Shown here: positions 9,505 through 19,542 of the stretch, piece by piece
How the letters are laid out: each line of letters starts with the position of its first letter
Position numbering within the stretch: the first letter of the stretch is position 1
Origin: Candidatus Bathyarchaeota archaeon
GTDB taxonomy: Archaea; Thermoproteota; Bathyarchaeia; Bathyarchaeales; Bathycorpusculaceae
DNA: 64,000 bases
Direction of reading: 5' to 3'
Assembly (NCBI GenBank): GCA_963832745.1
Contig: CAWHVC010000001.1
Coordinates: 416,001-480,000, forward strand
The notes under the pieces: model-generated
What the model saw: only the letters and a program-made list of their open reading frames with translations
What the model was told of the DNA's origin: nothing
The model's database searches: none
Program-made: the position numbers and the translations under genes

Positions 9505-10102
9505 GGAACTGAAAAAGCCTCTCCTCACCAAAAAAGACGAGGAATACGAGATGCTAATAGAGGTTGCAGAAGAATACATCAGGCAGAAGACTGATAAGAC
9601 TCTGCAGAAAAGCGGAACAGCCGTCGAAGTCGTCATCCGAGCGCACCTTGTATGCCGAGGCTTTAATGTTAGTTTAAACCCGAACCTTAAACTTGAAGGT
9701 TCAGAACTTAAAAATAGCTTATTTTTGCTTGAACCAATTTCTAACCCCAGCCAAAAAGAGTATGCTCCAAACGAAATTAAAATGGTCATACAAATTATTA
9801 ACAATGCAGATGCTGACTCGCTAATCAAAATTAAAAGTCAGTTTGATGAACTCAAAAAGATTGGCAAGTACCTGCAGTTTGCAGTGGTGGTTCTTTCAGA
9901 AAAAGTCGGTTACACCCATGAACTCACTACCGAGAAACTCGGTGACAAAGCCTACCGCGCTTTCACGCTGGTATCCCGCAAAGCCCACCCCAAAACCGGC
10001 GGATTATACAACGAAACAGCAGTCAATGACATGCTTAAAAAGAAGGAACTAAAGAAAACCGGAGACTGGGACAGCTTCATTTCCGCAATAAAATCAGCCT
10101 AA
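9491..10102 (+). CDS. Hypothetical protein, possibly degenerate PD-(D/E)XK nuclease fold
   Basis: SG...E..I..HL..RGF.V pattern; expected acidic and Lys catalytic positions are not evident. Likely ATG start at 9491. Confidence 0.55.
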   Translation: MSTYKELKKPLLTKKDEEYEMLIEVAEEYIRQKTDKTLQKSGTAVEVVIRAHLVCRGFNVSLNPNLKLEGSELKNSLFLLEPISNPSQKEYAPNEIKMVIQIINNADADSLIKIKSQFDELKKIGKYLQFAVVVLSEKVGYTHELTTEKLGDKAYRAFTLVSRKAHPKTGGLYNETAVNDMLKKKELKKTGDWDSFISAIKSA

Positions 10103-10120
10103 ATCAAAATCCAAACATTT

Positions 10121-11347
10121 TTACTTTTTGTTATTCTCTTCAAGCCAGTTTCTTGAACTCGCCAAAGTTTTACCTGCAAACTTGAATTCCAGTGCTCCTT
10201 CATAGGGGCACAGTTCGACGCATCGGGCGCAGAGCATGCACTTGGATTCGGTAACGTCGCCGCCTTTCTTTTCGTACATAGCGGTTGCTTGGGTTGGGCA
10301 GACGCGTTTGCAGACGCCGCATTTGGTGCATTTATGCTCGTCTTTCTCAAGTTTGGTTAGGGCTATTTGTTTGAACGGCGTAAACGTACTAAAAAGTCCA
10401 GTAAGCGCTCCTAGTGGGCAAATGCGGCACCAAAACCTACGGTAAGCCAACGAGAGAATTATCACTATTGCCAAAATGGTTAGGTTGATGCTGGAGATGT
10501 AGCCGCCGATTATCCAAAATGGCCCATACGTGATTTGAGAAATATACGAGTAATTCATTGATCCGATACCTGCTTCAATCAGAGAACACAATGGACGCAT
10601 TGGACAAACGAGGCAAAACGGTTCGTTAATGCTGCTTACGATACCTGCTTCGGTTCCGCCTGGACCACCAGTTACCGTTCCCGGAATAAGTTCAGTGCCA
10701 AAAATGTAGTAGGAACCGAAGATGACGCTTAGAATCAGAAAAACGGCGATAATAATGTAACGGGATTGACTGAGTCTTTTGCTAGTAGACTCCGAAAAGG
10801 TAAGATGTCGACGCTTGGAAGCCTTACGTATCCTCGTGAGCACGTCCTGAAATAGGCCGAAGGGGCATATCCAACCGCAGAAGGCCCTACCGAAAACTAG
10901 AGCTGCCACAGCCAAGGAGCCAATGACTACGCCGATTTTTTCCAGCCCCGTGGTAGAGTATACTACTTCGTATCCTCGAGGGTAGTTCCAAAATGGAAAA
11001 ATGTAAGCTTGCAGTTGCCAAATTGGGCAGGTGAGGGTTCTGCCGTTTGGGTAATAGCATGCAAGGACCGGAAAGGATATCCCGTCAGGCATTTGGTTGC
11101 CCAAAATGTCAGCGCCTAGCAAACGGTCGCGGGGTGAAATGCCAAGCGGCGCCCAAAGAGGCTGGTCAAATGGGCCTAAAATTAGCCCCATAAAAATGGC
11201 GATTACCGCGAGAACTTGGACGTATAAGCGTAGGTTGCTGATTTTTCTTGTTTTATCTTTTGAGAGTTTGAGAATTAATGCGATGCCTGCGATTGCAGCT
11301 AAAAGGTAGATGGGCAGCACAATTGTTGCAGGTAATTCCCATACCAT
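10121..11347 (-). CDS. Membrane-bound 4Fe-4S protein (NapH/MauN-like)
   Basis: GRAFCGWICPFG and RRFWCRICPLG motifs, two C-terminal ferredoxin motifs, multiple TM helices. Confidence 0.85.
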   Translation of the reverse strand: MVWELPATIVLPIYLLAAIAGIALILKLSKDKTRKISNLRLYVQVLAVIAIFMGLILGPFDQPLWAPLGISPRDRLLGADILGNQMPDGISFPVLACYYPNGRTLTCPIWQLQAYIFPFWNYPRGYEVVYSTTGLEKIGVVIGSLAVAALVFGRAFCGWICPFGLFQDVLTRIRKASKRRHLTFSESTSKRLSQSRYIIIAVFLILSVIFGSYYIFGTELIPGTVTGGPGGTEAGIVSSINEPFCLVCPMRPLCSLIEAGIGSMNYSYISQITYGPFWIIGGYISSINLTILAIVIILSLAYRRFWCRICPLGALTGLFSTFTPFKQIALTKLEKDEHKCTKCGVCKRVCPTQATAMYEKKGGDVTESKCMLCARCVELCPYEGALEFKFAGKTLASSRNWLEENNKK

Positions 11348-12015
11348 TATGGTTTCCCCGCTTTAGTTTTCAGTTTAATCACAGTTGCAACTGTTACCGT
11401 GACGGCGACTGCAATGGCAGTTAGAATGATTACGGAGTGCTGCATGTAAAATGGTTGGTTATCCACGGGGTAACCGTAGCTATAACGTGCAACCGTCAAA
11501 TTGCCCGAAATGCCGTAAATAACCATTGTATCGTCAGGCAGCAGACGCCAGTTTTTTCCTTCAGCCAAAAACACGTTGTCCTGCGTAATTACAGTCCATT
11601 CGCTTGGGTCAGACGGCTGTGAAGCATTGAAACCAAGATTAACAGCTTGCTCACCTGTACCTTCAACATAATAATTTAGGTAACCTAACCTGCGCGAGTT
11701 AAAATTCATTGAAAAATAGGAAAAAATAGTTACGTTACAATTTTTGGCTGAAAACTTGAGGTTCCCAAGCGGGAATGAATTGTTAAGTGTTAAGCCGTTA
11801 AATGTCCAAACGCCGTTTTCTAAACTGGCTTCTTTGTAGGTACCGTTGACTGCGAACCTGATCGTGCCGTTGTAAGCTGGACTTTTGAAAGTGTCTTGAG
11901 ATGTGAAACTGGTGATGTTTTCAGCTTGAACATTCTGAAAGAGACTCGGAAAAGATAATGTTATCAATAAAGCGGCTATTGCTAACGTATAAAGTCTTTT
12001 GCTGCCGGTTGTCAA
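11347..12015 (-). CDS. Secreted membrane-anchored hypothetical protein
   Basis: Signal peptide and C-terminal TM; stop overlaps the start of the 4Fe-4S gene. Confidence 0.75.
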   Translation of the reverse strand: MTTGSKRLYTLAIAALLITLSFPSLFQNVQAENITSFTSQDTFKSPAYNGTIRFAVNGTYKEASLENGVWTFNGLTLNNSFPLGNLKFSAKNCNVTIFSYFSMNFNSRRLGYLNYYVEGTGEQAVNLGFNASQPSDPSEWTVITQDNVFLAEGKNWRLLPDDTMVIYGISGNLTVARYSYGYPVDNQPFYMQHSVIILTAIAVAVTVTVATVIKLKTKAGKP

Positions 12016-12129
12016 AGCACCACGTTAACAGAATATTGCCTATAATGTAGCTATAAGGCTTTTCAAAAATAGGTTTTGACAAAAAAGTTATTTGGAACAC
12101 TTAGGCTGTTCCTTTTTGTTGGTGGGCAC

Positions 12130-12264
12130 TCAGTTTAGACTTGCACTGTCAACCAGATGAGCTGTTCCATCTGGACAATAAACCTTCCCGCCCACGTTTA
12201 CTCGGCGGTAACGCTTAATGCATGGCTTTTGCATTCCGCAACCGTCACAATCTCGCGAAATCAC
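12130..12264 (-). CDS. Small Cys/His-rich protein (44 aa), putative Zn-binding
   Basis: MISRDCDGCGMQKPCIKRYRRVNVGGKVYCPDGTAHLVDSASLN; GGGGTGA SD upstream of GTG. Below the ORF-track cutoff. Confidence 0.7.
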   Translation of the reverse strand: MISRDCDGCGMQKPCIKRYRRVNVGGKVYCPDGTAHLVDSASLN

Positions 12265-12457
12265 TTCTATTTTCACCCCTCTCTTTGCGGAAGTTAATAA
12301 TATAATGGTTTTTTGAACTTATAAGGCAATTTACGGGCAGGTACTTGCCATTTTTAAAATTTAAGGCTAAATTGTAACTCAAAAAACAGAATGAACAGTG
12401 TTTAAGGTTAATTGGTTAATCGCTTGGCTGAAAACAAAAAAGAAAATAAAATGAGGT

Positions 12458-13192
12458 TTAGAATGTTGGAGTTTTAACGAGTTTTTTCTTGTAGGCTATT
12501 GCTGCAAACGCTGCGGCTATTAAAAGCAATGGAACTGCAGTTAGCATCGGGAATTCTGGAATCACCCAATCTTGAACGTTTAAGGCAGAGTCGATTTTCC
12601 ATGTGATTTGAGATACACTTTGAGGATCATTTATTTCTGTCCGGTCAACTTGCTCTACAAGAATGCCTGTTGCTTTGTCAAAGTATAAGTCTCTTGTAGC
12701 AGTGTAACCAGCTGTTTCATTGTTGTCAACGATTCGCACATGGTTTGTTTGTCTGGAACCGCTTTCATAGTTTCTTGTTGATGAGTCAAGTATGGTTAAG
12801 CCATCTGCACCATTAGGATGAATTGTATCGCCAACGTTAAGATTAGCGCCTATAATGGCTACAAAACCTTGACCTTCACCTGTAAAGAGGTTAACGTAGC
12901 CTCTATCCAAATAGGCAGATCCATTGTAGAAGTAGTAAGGTGCGGTTGTGAGAACGGTTGTTTCGTTTACTTCGCCGATTCTGACTTCAACGTGAGATGT
13001 TTGATTTACTTCATTTAAATCCTGTGGTATCGAAGCATATGAATCCGATGATGTCCAGTAACTGGAAACATGGTAATCAAAAACCATACCTGGACTAACT
13101 CCAGGGGTAATTGTTTGAGCTTGAACTGTTCCAACGAACGCTAAAGACGCAATGAATAATATTAAGCCTACTGCAAGCAGTCTGTTATTCAA
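12458..13192 (-). CDS. Secreted protein with PEF-CTERM sorting signal
   Basis: Signal peptide after TTG at 13192 (AGGTG SD); C-terminus VIPEFP-TM-YKKK. Confidence 0.8.
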   Translation of the reverse strand: MNNRLLAVGLILFIASLAFVGTVQAQTITPGVSPGMVFDYHVSSYWTSSDSYASIPQDLNEVNQTSHVEVRIGEVNETTVLTTAPYYFYNGSAYLDRGYVNLFTGEGQGFVAIIGANLNVGDTIHPNGADGLTILDSSTRNYESGSRQTNHVRIVDNNETAGYTATRDLYFDKATGILVEQVDRTEINDPQSVSQITWKIDSALNVQDWVIPEFPMLTAVPLLLIAAAFAAIAYKKKLVKTPTF

Positions 13193-13286
13193 TTTAACAC
13201 CTGACACTAATCGATTGGTTCTACTTTTAAATTTATTCCCAAAACTAACCATTCAAACGGTTTTTTTACGTTTTATCACTAAAAAA

Positions 13287-14150
13287 TCAGGCCTCTAAGT
13301 GGATTTCATAGTCAAAACCGTCCTTGGAAGACGGCAGCGAGTAACTTAAGCCAGCCCAAGAAAAACGGTTCCGGGTTTTCTCCCAACCCCTAAAAAGCTT
13401 AGCGTAAGCCTTAGGCTCTAAAGAAAACGCTAATTCACCATCATTATTTGTTAAAGACGCTTTTTTTGCGGAAACTAAATCCCAAGCGCCTATCTTGCCG
13501 CCGGCAAGCTGTAAACCATCCGTATCTCTGTAATAACCAAAACTGTTGGCGCCCTGCTCGTTAAGGACTAAAAGTTCGGTGCATCCATTAAGGATAAGCC
13601 CAGAAAAATCTGCCGAAACTCTAACAACCCCGCAGTTCAAAGCATACTTCATTTTAACGATGCCGCGGGATTTAACTTGCCTAAACACAGTTTTAATTTT
13701 CAGGATTTCCCTTAATTCCATGATTTTGTTATTTAATGGTTGAAGTGTTTGATGCCCAAGATAGTTTTTTTCAAACAGTTTACGGATTAACTCATAGAAA
13801 TCATCGTTTACGTGTGTATTGCAGAAATGTTTTGTTGAGATTGTGTCAAGCTGGTAATGTTTCTCAAAACTGCCGGGTTCTTTGCCTTGAACTATTTGGG
13901 CGTTGCTGGAAAAGAGCGTTTTATCTTGATATTTTACGACTGGAACGCCAAATCCTATTCCTTCCTCAATTAGTTCTTTACCATTGTAAACCAGTACGAG
14001 TCCTTTTTGAAGCATTGCTGTTTCAAGACAGTTGGGTTTGTTATCACGGTAAAGTCTCACCGATAAAACGTCACTCAACCGGAAAGTAAAGCAGTTTAAC
14101 GTTGAAGTCTCTAAACCGTAAGCTTTTGTTTCAACCAACAAAAACACCAC
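13287..14150 (-). CDS. Hypothetical protein
   Basis: 287 aa ORF overlapping the upstream GT-C gene; start uncertain. Confidence 0.7.
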   Translation of the reverse strand: MVFLLVETKAYGLETSTLNCFTFRLSDVLSVRLYRDNKPNCLETAMLQKGLVLVYNGKELIEEGIGFGVPVVKYQDKTLFSSNAQIVQGKEPGSFEKHYQLDTISTKHFCNTHVNDDFYELIRKLFEKNYLGHQTLQPLNNKIMELREILKIKTVFRQVKSRGIVKMKYALNCGVVRVSADFSGLILNGCTELLVLNEQGANSFGYYRDTDGLQLAGGKIGAWDLVSAKKASLTNNDGELAFSLEPKAYAKLFRGWEKTRNRFSWAGLSYSLPSSKDGFDYEIHLEA

Positions 14151-15327
14151 TTAAAAAATTAATCCACAAATAGACGCCCCACACAAAAAACACTGCCAAA
14201 ACACCACATAATAAAATAACAGACATTCTATTAACCACAAACTTGGACATCAAAGCAATCCATAATGGAAACAGAATAGACATGAAACGAGGCAAAGAAA
14301 CCATGGCTCCAAACGTTAAAACACCTAAAAAATATACGGAAGCATAAGCCATCAAAGACTTGGATGTATTACTTAATTCTGCAATAAGAAACGGCGGAAC
14401 AAGTATTGATGCCCAAGCAGCCACCGGCAGAAACAGGTGTTCGGTAGGTAAACTTAAAAAGGCTTGTAAACCGTTTTGAGGCAAAAAGGCGACCAGCAAC
14501 TCTCTAAAAGAGTACATGTTACTCCATTCTGTGGTGTGGATTAAAGCGAGCCAATCATTCGCAGTTAATTGGCCATACCCAAGCCAAGCAAGAAAAGCAA
14601 ACGCAGGTATAATACAAAAAAGGAAATCGCGTTTTTTGTGAGGATTCTTGCCAATCAACGTTTCTATTGCCATCGGAACAATAATAACGATTCCTACTGC
14701 ACGAGAAATAACTGCAAATACTGCTGAAACGGAAGCAACTCCCGTTTTGCCTTTCTTGAAAAACAGCCAAGTTAACAAAACAAAAAAAAGCAGAAGGCTT
14801 TCGCTGTAGGCTACAGTGGTGAACAGGAAAACATATGGTGACAAAGCGAAAAGCAGAGTTGAAAGGAACGCTACTTGTTTGCTTAGGTACTGTTCAGCTA
14901 CTAACTGGTAAACAGGAACGCAGAGAACACCAAAGATTAAGCTGCAAGCTGCAAGGGACAATGGCGGATTTTGGAACGCTAAATTCAGTGCTCCACCAAA
15001 TAGGGGAAATCCTGGAAAAAAAGTGTAGCTTTGAGTTGAAAACGTGTATCCTCCGGTTAGAATGCTTAGGTACCATGCGCTGTCCCAGCCAAAATAAAGA
15101 GTTAACCAGTGAGCACCGGGTAAACCGTTTGTTTGAAAAACCTGATTTTGAATACCTGAAGCAACATTGCTGTTAACCCAAAAAGTCCCCAAAGAACCCA
15201 CATTAAGAAAACTGTAAACGATTAAGCTTCCAAAGAGTTTAGCAAGTAGAATAAGCAAAGCTGAAGCTAACAGCCGTAAAGGAACGTTTAGTCTCCAAAC
15301 TCTTAATTGCTTCTCAAAAAAACTCAT
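14131..15327 (-). CDS. GT-C mannosyltransferase, PIG-V-like
   Basis: WDSAWYLSI..GY, FFPGFP, AYSESL and LPRF motifs; polytopic membrane protein. Confidence 0.8.
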   Translation of the reverse strand: MSFFEKQLRVWRLNVPLRLLASALLILLAKLFGSLIVYSFLNVGSLGTFWVNSNVASGIQNQVFQTNGLPGAHWLTLYFGWDSAWYLSILTGGYTFSTQSYTFFPGFPLFGGALNLAFQNPPLSLAACSLIFGVLCVPVYQLVAEQYLSKQVAFLSTLLFALSPYVFLFTTVAYSESLLLFFVLLTWLFFKKGKTGVASVSAVFAVISRAVGIVIIVPMAIETLIGKNPHKKRDFLFCIIPAFAFLAWLGYGQLTANDWLALIHTTEWSNMYSFRELLVAFLPQNGLQAFLSLPTEHLFLPVAAWASILVPPFLIAELSNTSKSLMAYASVYFLGVLTFGAMVSLPRFMSILFPLWIALMSKFVVNRMSVILLCGVLAVFFVWGVYLWINFLSGVFVG

Positions 15328-15370
15328 CTAACACTTCAACTTTGAAAATTAAAGAAAAAATATTGGGTTT

Positions 15371-16501
15371 TTAAATTGTGATTTTTTTGCTTAATTTGGC
15401 TTTACCGATGAATGCTGCTACCGCAATAGCGCCTAGAATAGCGGGTAATGCAACTATTGGGAATTCAGGTATCCATGAAGTTCCAGTCCATGCAAGGATT
15501 TTACCTCCGTCACTAACTGCCCACGCGTAGCTGCTTCCATTTGCTGCACCATGCACAACTGCGATACCGTTAATGTTTGCTCCGCCAAGAACGCCTGTTT
15601 GCCCATCCCATTCAGTGCCTGTCCAGTAAAGCACCATTCCACTGGCTCCTGCTGCCCACGCACTATTTGCTGAATCTATACTTAATGAATTCAATGTCGC
15701 ATTAATTCTGTCTGCAACATAGCCCACTGATGTGTTAACTGCTCCTCCAATGTTAATTCTTGCCCAGTTTGACCAAGTGGTGCCCTTCATATTAATTATG
15801 ACGCCAGTATTTGATATGCCACCAACTGCCCAACCTGAAGTTGAGTTAACCATTACTACTGACTTTAGATTACTCATTGTTGGACTTGTCATGTTACTCC
15901 AACTGCTGCCGTCATACATAATGATGGTTCCATTGTCACCTACAGCCCAAGCATTACTTGCATCATGGATCATTGCTACTGAACGCAGAGTGTTTGTTGT
16001 TGGACTTGCTAGTTGTCGCCATTGGTTATTGTTCCAGTAAAGAACTGTACCGTTAGCACCTACCGCCCATGCCGTGGAAGCTGACGAATTAACTGTAACA
16101 CCATATAACGGCTCGTTGACGGGGTTATTTGTGTTCATTACTGACCAGTTGTTGCCATCATACTTTAGAATCACACCGCTACTGGAGTTTCCACCTACAG
16201 CTAAGCCAAAACTGGAATTAATCATAACTATTGAGTACAGGTTTGTCGATGTTGGACTGTTTACAGTCTTCCAGCTACTTCCGTCCCACATAATGATAGT
16301 GCCGCCGTCACCTACTGCCCACGCATTGGAGTTAACCAATGTGGGATTGGACGAGTTAGAAACAATTGAAACAGCATTTAAATTCGAAGTCGTTGGACTA
16401 TTTGCATTCACACTTGTCATGTCTTGAGCATATGCAACCGAAACTAAACATAACAGCGACACAGCGAATATAACTACTGATATCTTGAAGTAAGATTTCA
16501 T
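15371..16501 (-). CDS. Secreted beta-propeller glycoprotein with PEF-CTERM signal
   Basis: Repeats of AWAVG..G.I..W/YDG..W; 12 N-x-S/T sequons counted; WIPEFP-TM-KAK C-terminus. Confidence 0.85.
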   Translation of the reverse strand: MKSYFKISVVIFAVSLLCLVSVAYAQDMTSVNANSPTTSNLNAVSIVSNSSNPTLVNSNAWAVGDGGTIIMWDGSSWKTVNSPTSTNLYSIVMINSSFGLAVGGNSSSGVILKYDGNNWSVMNTNNPVNEPLYGVTVNSSASTAWAVGANGTVLYWNNNQWRQLASPTTNTLRSVAMIHDASNAWAVGDNGTIIMYDGSSWSNMTSPTMSNLKSVVMVNSTSGWAVGGISNTGVIINMKGTTWSNWARINIGGAVNTSVGYVADRINATLNSLSIDSANSAWAAGASGMVLYWTGTEWDGQTGVLGGANINGIAVVHGAANGSSYAWAVSDGGKILAWTGTSWIPEFPIVALPAILGAIAVAAFIGKAKLSKKITI

Positions 16502-16550
16502 TTAATTTTTTCACCTGCCTAAAAATTCATTATTGTTCACCCACCCCGCT

Positions 16551-16570
16551 TTTATATAAATTTGTGACTA
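16551..16570 (-). promoter_or_regulatory. Promoter: (T)AGTCACA-N4-TATA
   Basis: Minus strand TAGTCACA-AATT-TATATA, about 50 nt upstream of ATG 16501. Confidence 0.6.
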
Positions 16571-16683
16571 CAATGAATTAACTACTGAAAACTGAAAAGC
16601 TCCTTTAAAAAACAATTTTTCCTTTTATGTGACTGTACACAAGCAATTACCAGTGCTTTTAGGAAAGAAAACACTCCTAACTA

Positions 16684-17709
16684 TTGAAAGGCGATTTTTT
16701 GGTCCATATTAAACAGGAGCATGTAGATTCTCAAAAAATTGAGTTAGGATACTCCTTAATGTCAGAAGAACACCCGCCAAGCGAGTTGGTAAAGTTTGCC
16801 CAACTTGCAGAGCACGCAGGCTTTACTTTTGCCACCATTTCAGACCATTATCACCCTTGGCTGGACATACAAGGCCAAAGCCCATTTGTCTGGTCAACAT
16901 TAGGTGCAATTTCACAAGTAACAAAAACCATACGTTTAGGCACTGCAGTTACATGCCCCACAATGCGCATTCACCCCGCAATCATTGCTCAAGCAGCCGC
17001 AACCACAGCCGCCCTAATGCCCGGCAGATTCTTTCTCGGCGTAGGCACCGGCGAAAACCTAAACGAACACATTTTGGGCTCAATTTGGTCTCCTCACGAA
17101 ATCCGCAGCGCCATGCTTGAAGAAGCGGTAGACATCATTCGAGAACTCTGGAAAGGCAAAAACACAAGTTACTATGGCGACTTTTACGTTGTAGAAAACG
17201 CTCGAATCTACACTTTGCCCCCGAAGCCAATTCCTATTATTGTTGCTGCCGAAGGGCCAATAATGGCTATGACTGCTGGAGAAATCGGTGATGGATTAAT
17301 GAGCACAAAACCAGACAAAACATTTATAGAAAAATTCCATACCGCAGGCGGAAATACCGATTTACCATGTTACTGTCAAGCAACAGTCTGCTACGCGCAA
17401 GACGAGCAGGAAGCAAGAAAAATAGCTTATCAGCAATGGCCAATCCCAGCGGTACCTGAAGACCTTACACGCGAATTACCCACGCCCAAATATTTCGAAT
17501 CAACCTCAAAACTAATAACTGAAGAACAACTGTCAAAGGAAGTAGCAAACGGGCCAGACCCTGAAAGGCATATTGCGGTTATCAAGAAATATTTAGATGC
17601 AGGTTTCAGAAAAGTTTCTGTCCACAATATTGGGCCTTATCAGGAAGAATTTTTCAAAATGTATAAGGAGCAAGTAATTCCAGCAATTAAAAACTTAGAA
17701 AAACCCTAA
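16684..17709 (+). CDS. F420-dependent LLM-class oxidoreductase (G6PDH-like family)
   Basis: SEEHPP, ISDHYHPW and GVGTGENLNEH motifs. Confidence 0.88.
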   Translation: MKGDFLVHIKQEHVDSQKIELGYSLMSEEHPPSELVKFAQLAEHAGFTFATISDHYHPWLDIQGQSPFVWSTLGAISQVTKTIRLGTAVTCPTMRIHPAIIAQAAATTAALMPGRFFLGVGTGENLNEHILGSIWSPHEIRSAMLEEAVDIIRELWKGKNTSYYGDFYVVENARIYTLPPKPIPIIVAAEGPIMAMTAGEIGDGLMSTKPDKTFIEKFHTAGGNTDLPCYCQATVCYAQDEQEARKIAYQQWPIPAVPEDLTRELPTPKYFESTSKLITEEQLSKEVANGPDPERHIAVIKKYLDAGFRKVSVHNIGPYQEEFFKMYKEQVIPAIKNLEKP

Positions 17710-18242
17710 AGCGTTTCAAGTATAATCTTAGTCACCTGCTCCACCAAATTATCTCTTGTTGCGCCAGTAACAGTAAAGATTTCAGCGTCTTCCCTCTGCT
17801 TAACCAACGATATTAAGGGGTCAGTTGCTTTTGCGTGTACAATTACCAGCACAGGTTTGCCACTTTCAAAAGCCAAATTTACCGCCTGCTTAAAATTTTC
17901 TGAATACAACTCCATGGGCCCAATCTCGTCGATTACTACAATTTGACATTTTTGAACTGCCTCGGTGACTGCTTGAACACCTATGTTGTCGAGGTCTTGA
18001 AGGTTAACACGATATTTACCGACTTGTGGTCCAGCATTCTGGTTGATATGTGAAAGCCAACCTTGCCTGCCACTGGTTAAATCTAAAATTTCAAAGCCGA
18101 CCCTCACATTGTGTTTTCTTGCTTCACGGCTTACCATTCCGCCAACTGTGACACCTTTGGCTCTAAGAGCGTCCACTACTTTTTGAAGCACAGTCGTTTT
18201 GCCTGTACCCGGAGCCCCAGTTAAAACGAAGATGCGTTTCAA
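17706..18242 (-). CDS. Nucleoside triphosphatase (NTPase_1/THEP1 family)
   Basis: TGAPGTGKTT, RVGF, VGKYRV and IDEIGPME motifs. Confidence 0.92.
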   Translation of the reverse strand: MKRIFVLTGAPGTGKTTVLQKVVDALRAKGVTVGGMVSREARKHNVRVGFEILDLTSGRQGWLSHINQNAGPQVGKYRVNLQDLDNIGVQAVTEAVQKCQIVVIDEIGPMELYSENFKQAVNLAFESGKPVLVIVHAKATDPLISLVKQREDAEIFTVTGATRDNLVEQVTKIILETL

Positions 18243-18318
18243 CCCACTTTTTGCCTCTACTATACCAGAAGTCTAATATTGCAAATAAAATCTTTTCAAT
18301 ACAAAACTGGATTGACAG

Positions 18319-19542
18319 ATGATGGCTGAAGAGTACACGGCAGATTTTCCAAGCGAAACAATCAAAGAAGGCAAAGTTGAAATTTTGGTGCCTCAACTTT
18401 CAGCCTACGGTGTGGTACCGTCAGATTACGCGCCGTCAAGGGCGCCAGTGTTTTATAATCCCGTCATGGAGTTCAACCGTGACCTATCAGTTTTAGCTTT
18501 CAAAGCCTATCAACATATGGCAGGTCATGAAATCAGCATCTGTGAACCCTTAACCAGCCAAGGAATCCGCGGAATCCGTTACGCCTCCGAAATCGAAGGA
18601 GTAAACCGCGTCCTTCTCAGCGACATTAACCATCACGCTTACGAGTTGGCAAATCACAACATCAAATACAACAACCTGCAAGACAAAATCACCCTAAAAC
18701 ACAAAGACGCAAACTGCGTCCTAAGCTGCAATGCTTCACCGAAAAAACGTTTTGACGTCATCGACATTGACCCATTCGGAACCCCTGTGCCTTACTTGGA
18801 TTCAGCGTTTAGAGCACTTAAAAATAAGGGCTTAATTGCTGTAACAGCTACGGATTTAGCGCCCCTTTGCGGTGTCCACGCTAAAGCTTGCGTCCGAAAA
18901 TACAGCGGCAAACCCATGCGTACAGAATACTGTCACGAGCTGGCGGTCAGGCTTTTGGGTGGTTGCATGGCGCAGATGGCGGCTAAACATGATATCGGCA
19001 TCAAAATCCTGTTCAGCCACAGCAGCGACCATTACATTCGAGTTTACGCTCAAATTGGCTACGGCTGCCAAAAAGCCGATGAAGCACTTAAAAACACAGG
19101 CTACATCCTACACTGTTTCAATTGCCTGCACAGGGAAACCACTCAGCACCTCTTCGGTTGCCCGACCTGTCCCGAATGCGGCACAAAAATGGATTATGCT
19201 GGCCCCTTGTGGATTGGCAGCATTAACGATGAAGCTTACATTGATCAGATTCTAAAGGAGAATCAGGAAGTGGCGTTTAAGAACAGCGGCAAAATCAACA
19301 AACTCTTAACCACAATCAAAGCTGAAGCTCAAGCACCCACAACCTATTACGTGCTTGACCGCATAAGCAAAAAACTCAGCTTGCCCCCAACCTCGACACA
19401 AGCATTCTTGACCGCTTTAAAGGACAGCGGTTATCAAGCGGTGCAATCCCATTTCAACCCCCGAGGCATAAAAACCGATGCGCCAGCGCTTGCAATGCAG
19501 AAAACTTTAAAGAAACTTTTAGAGCCGAAAAGCAGTAGTTGA
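18319..19542 (+). CDS. trm1: tRNA (guanine26-N2)-dimethyltransferase
   Basis: VFYNPVMEFNRD, GIRGIRY, DIDPFGTP and TATD motifs, Zn ribbon, GPLWIG. Confidence 0.95.
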   Translation: MMAEEYTADFPSETIKEGKVEILVPQLSAYGVVPSDYAPSRAPVFYNPVMEFNRDLSVLAFKAYQHMAGHEISICEPLTSQGIRGIRYASEIEGVNRVLLSDINHHAYELANHNIKYNNLQDKITLKHKDANCVLSCNASPKKRFDVIDIDPFGTPVPYLDSAFRALKNKGLIAVTATDLAPLCGVHAKACVRKYSGKPMRTEYCHELAVRLLGGCMAQMAAKHDIGIKILFSHSSDHYIRVYAQIGYGCQKADEALKNTGYILHCFNCLHRETTQHLFGCPTCPECGTKMDYAGPLWIGSINDEAYIDQILKENQEVAFKNSGKINKLLTTIKAEAQAPTTYYVLDRISKKLSLPPTSTQAFLTALKDSGYQAVQSHFNPRGIKTDAPALAMQKTLKKLLEPKSSS

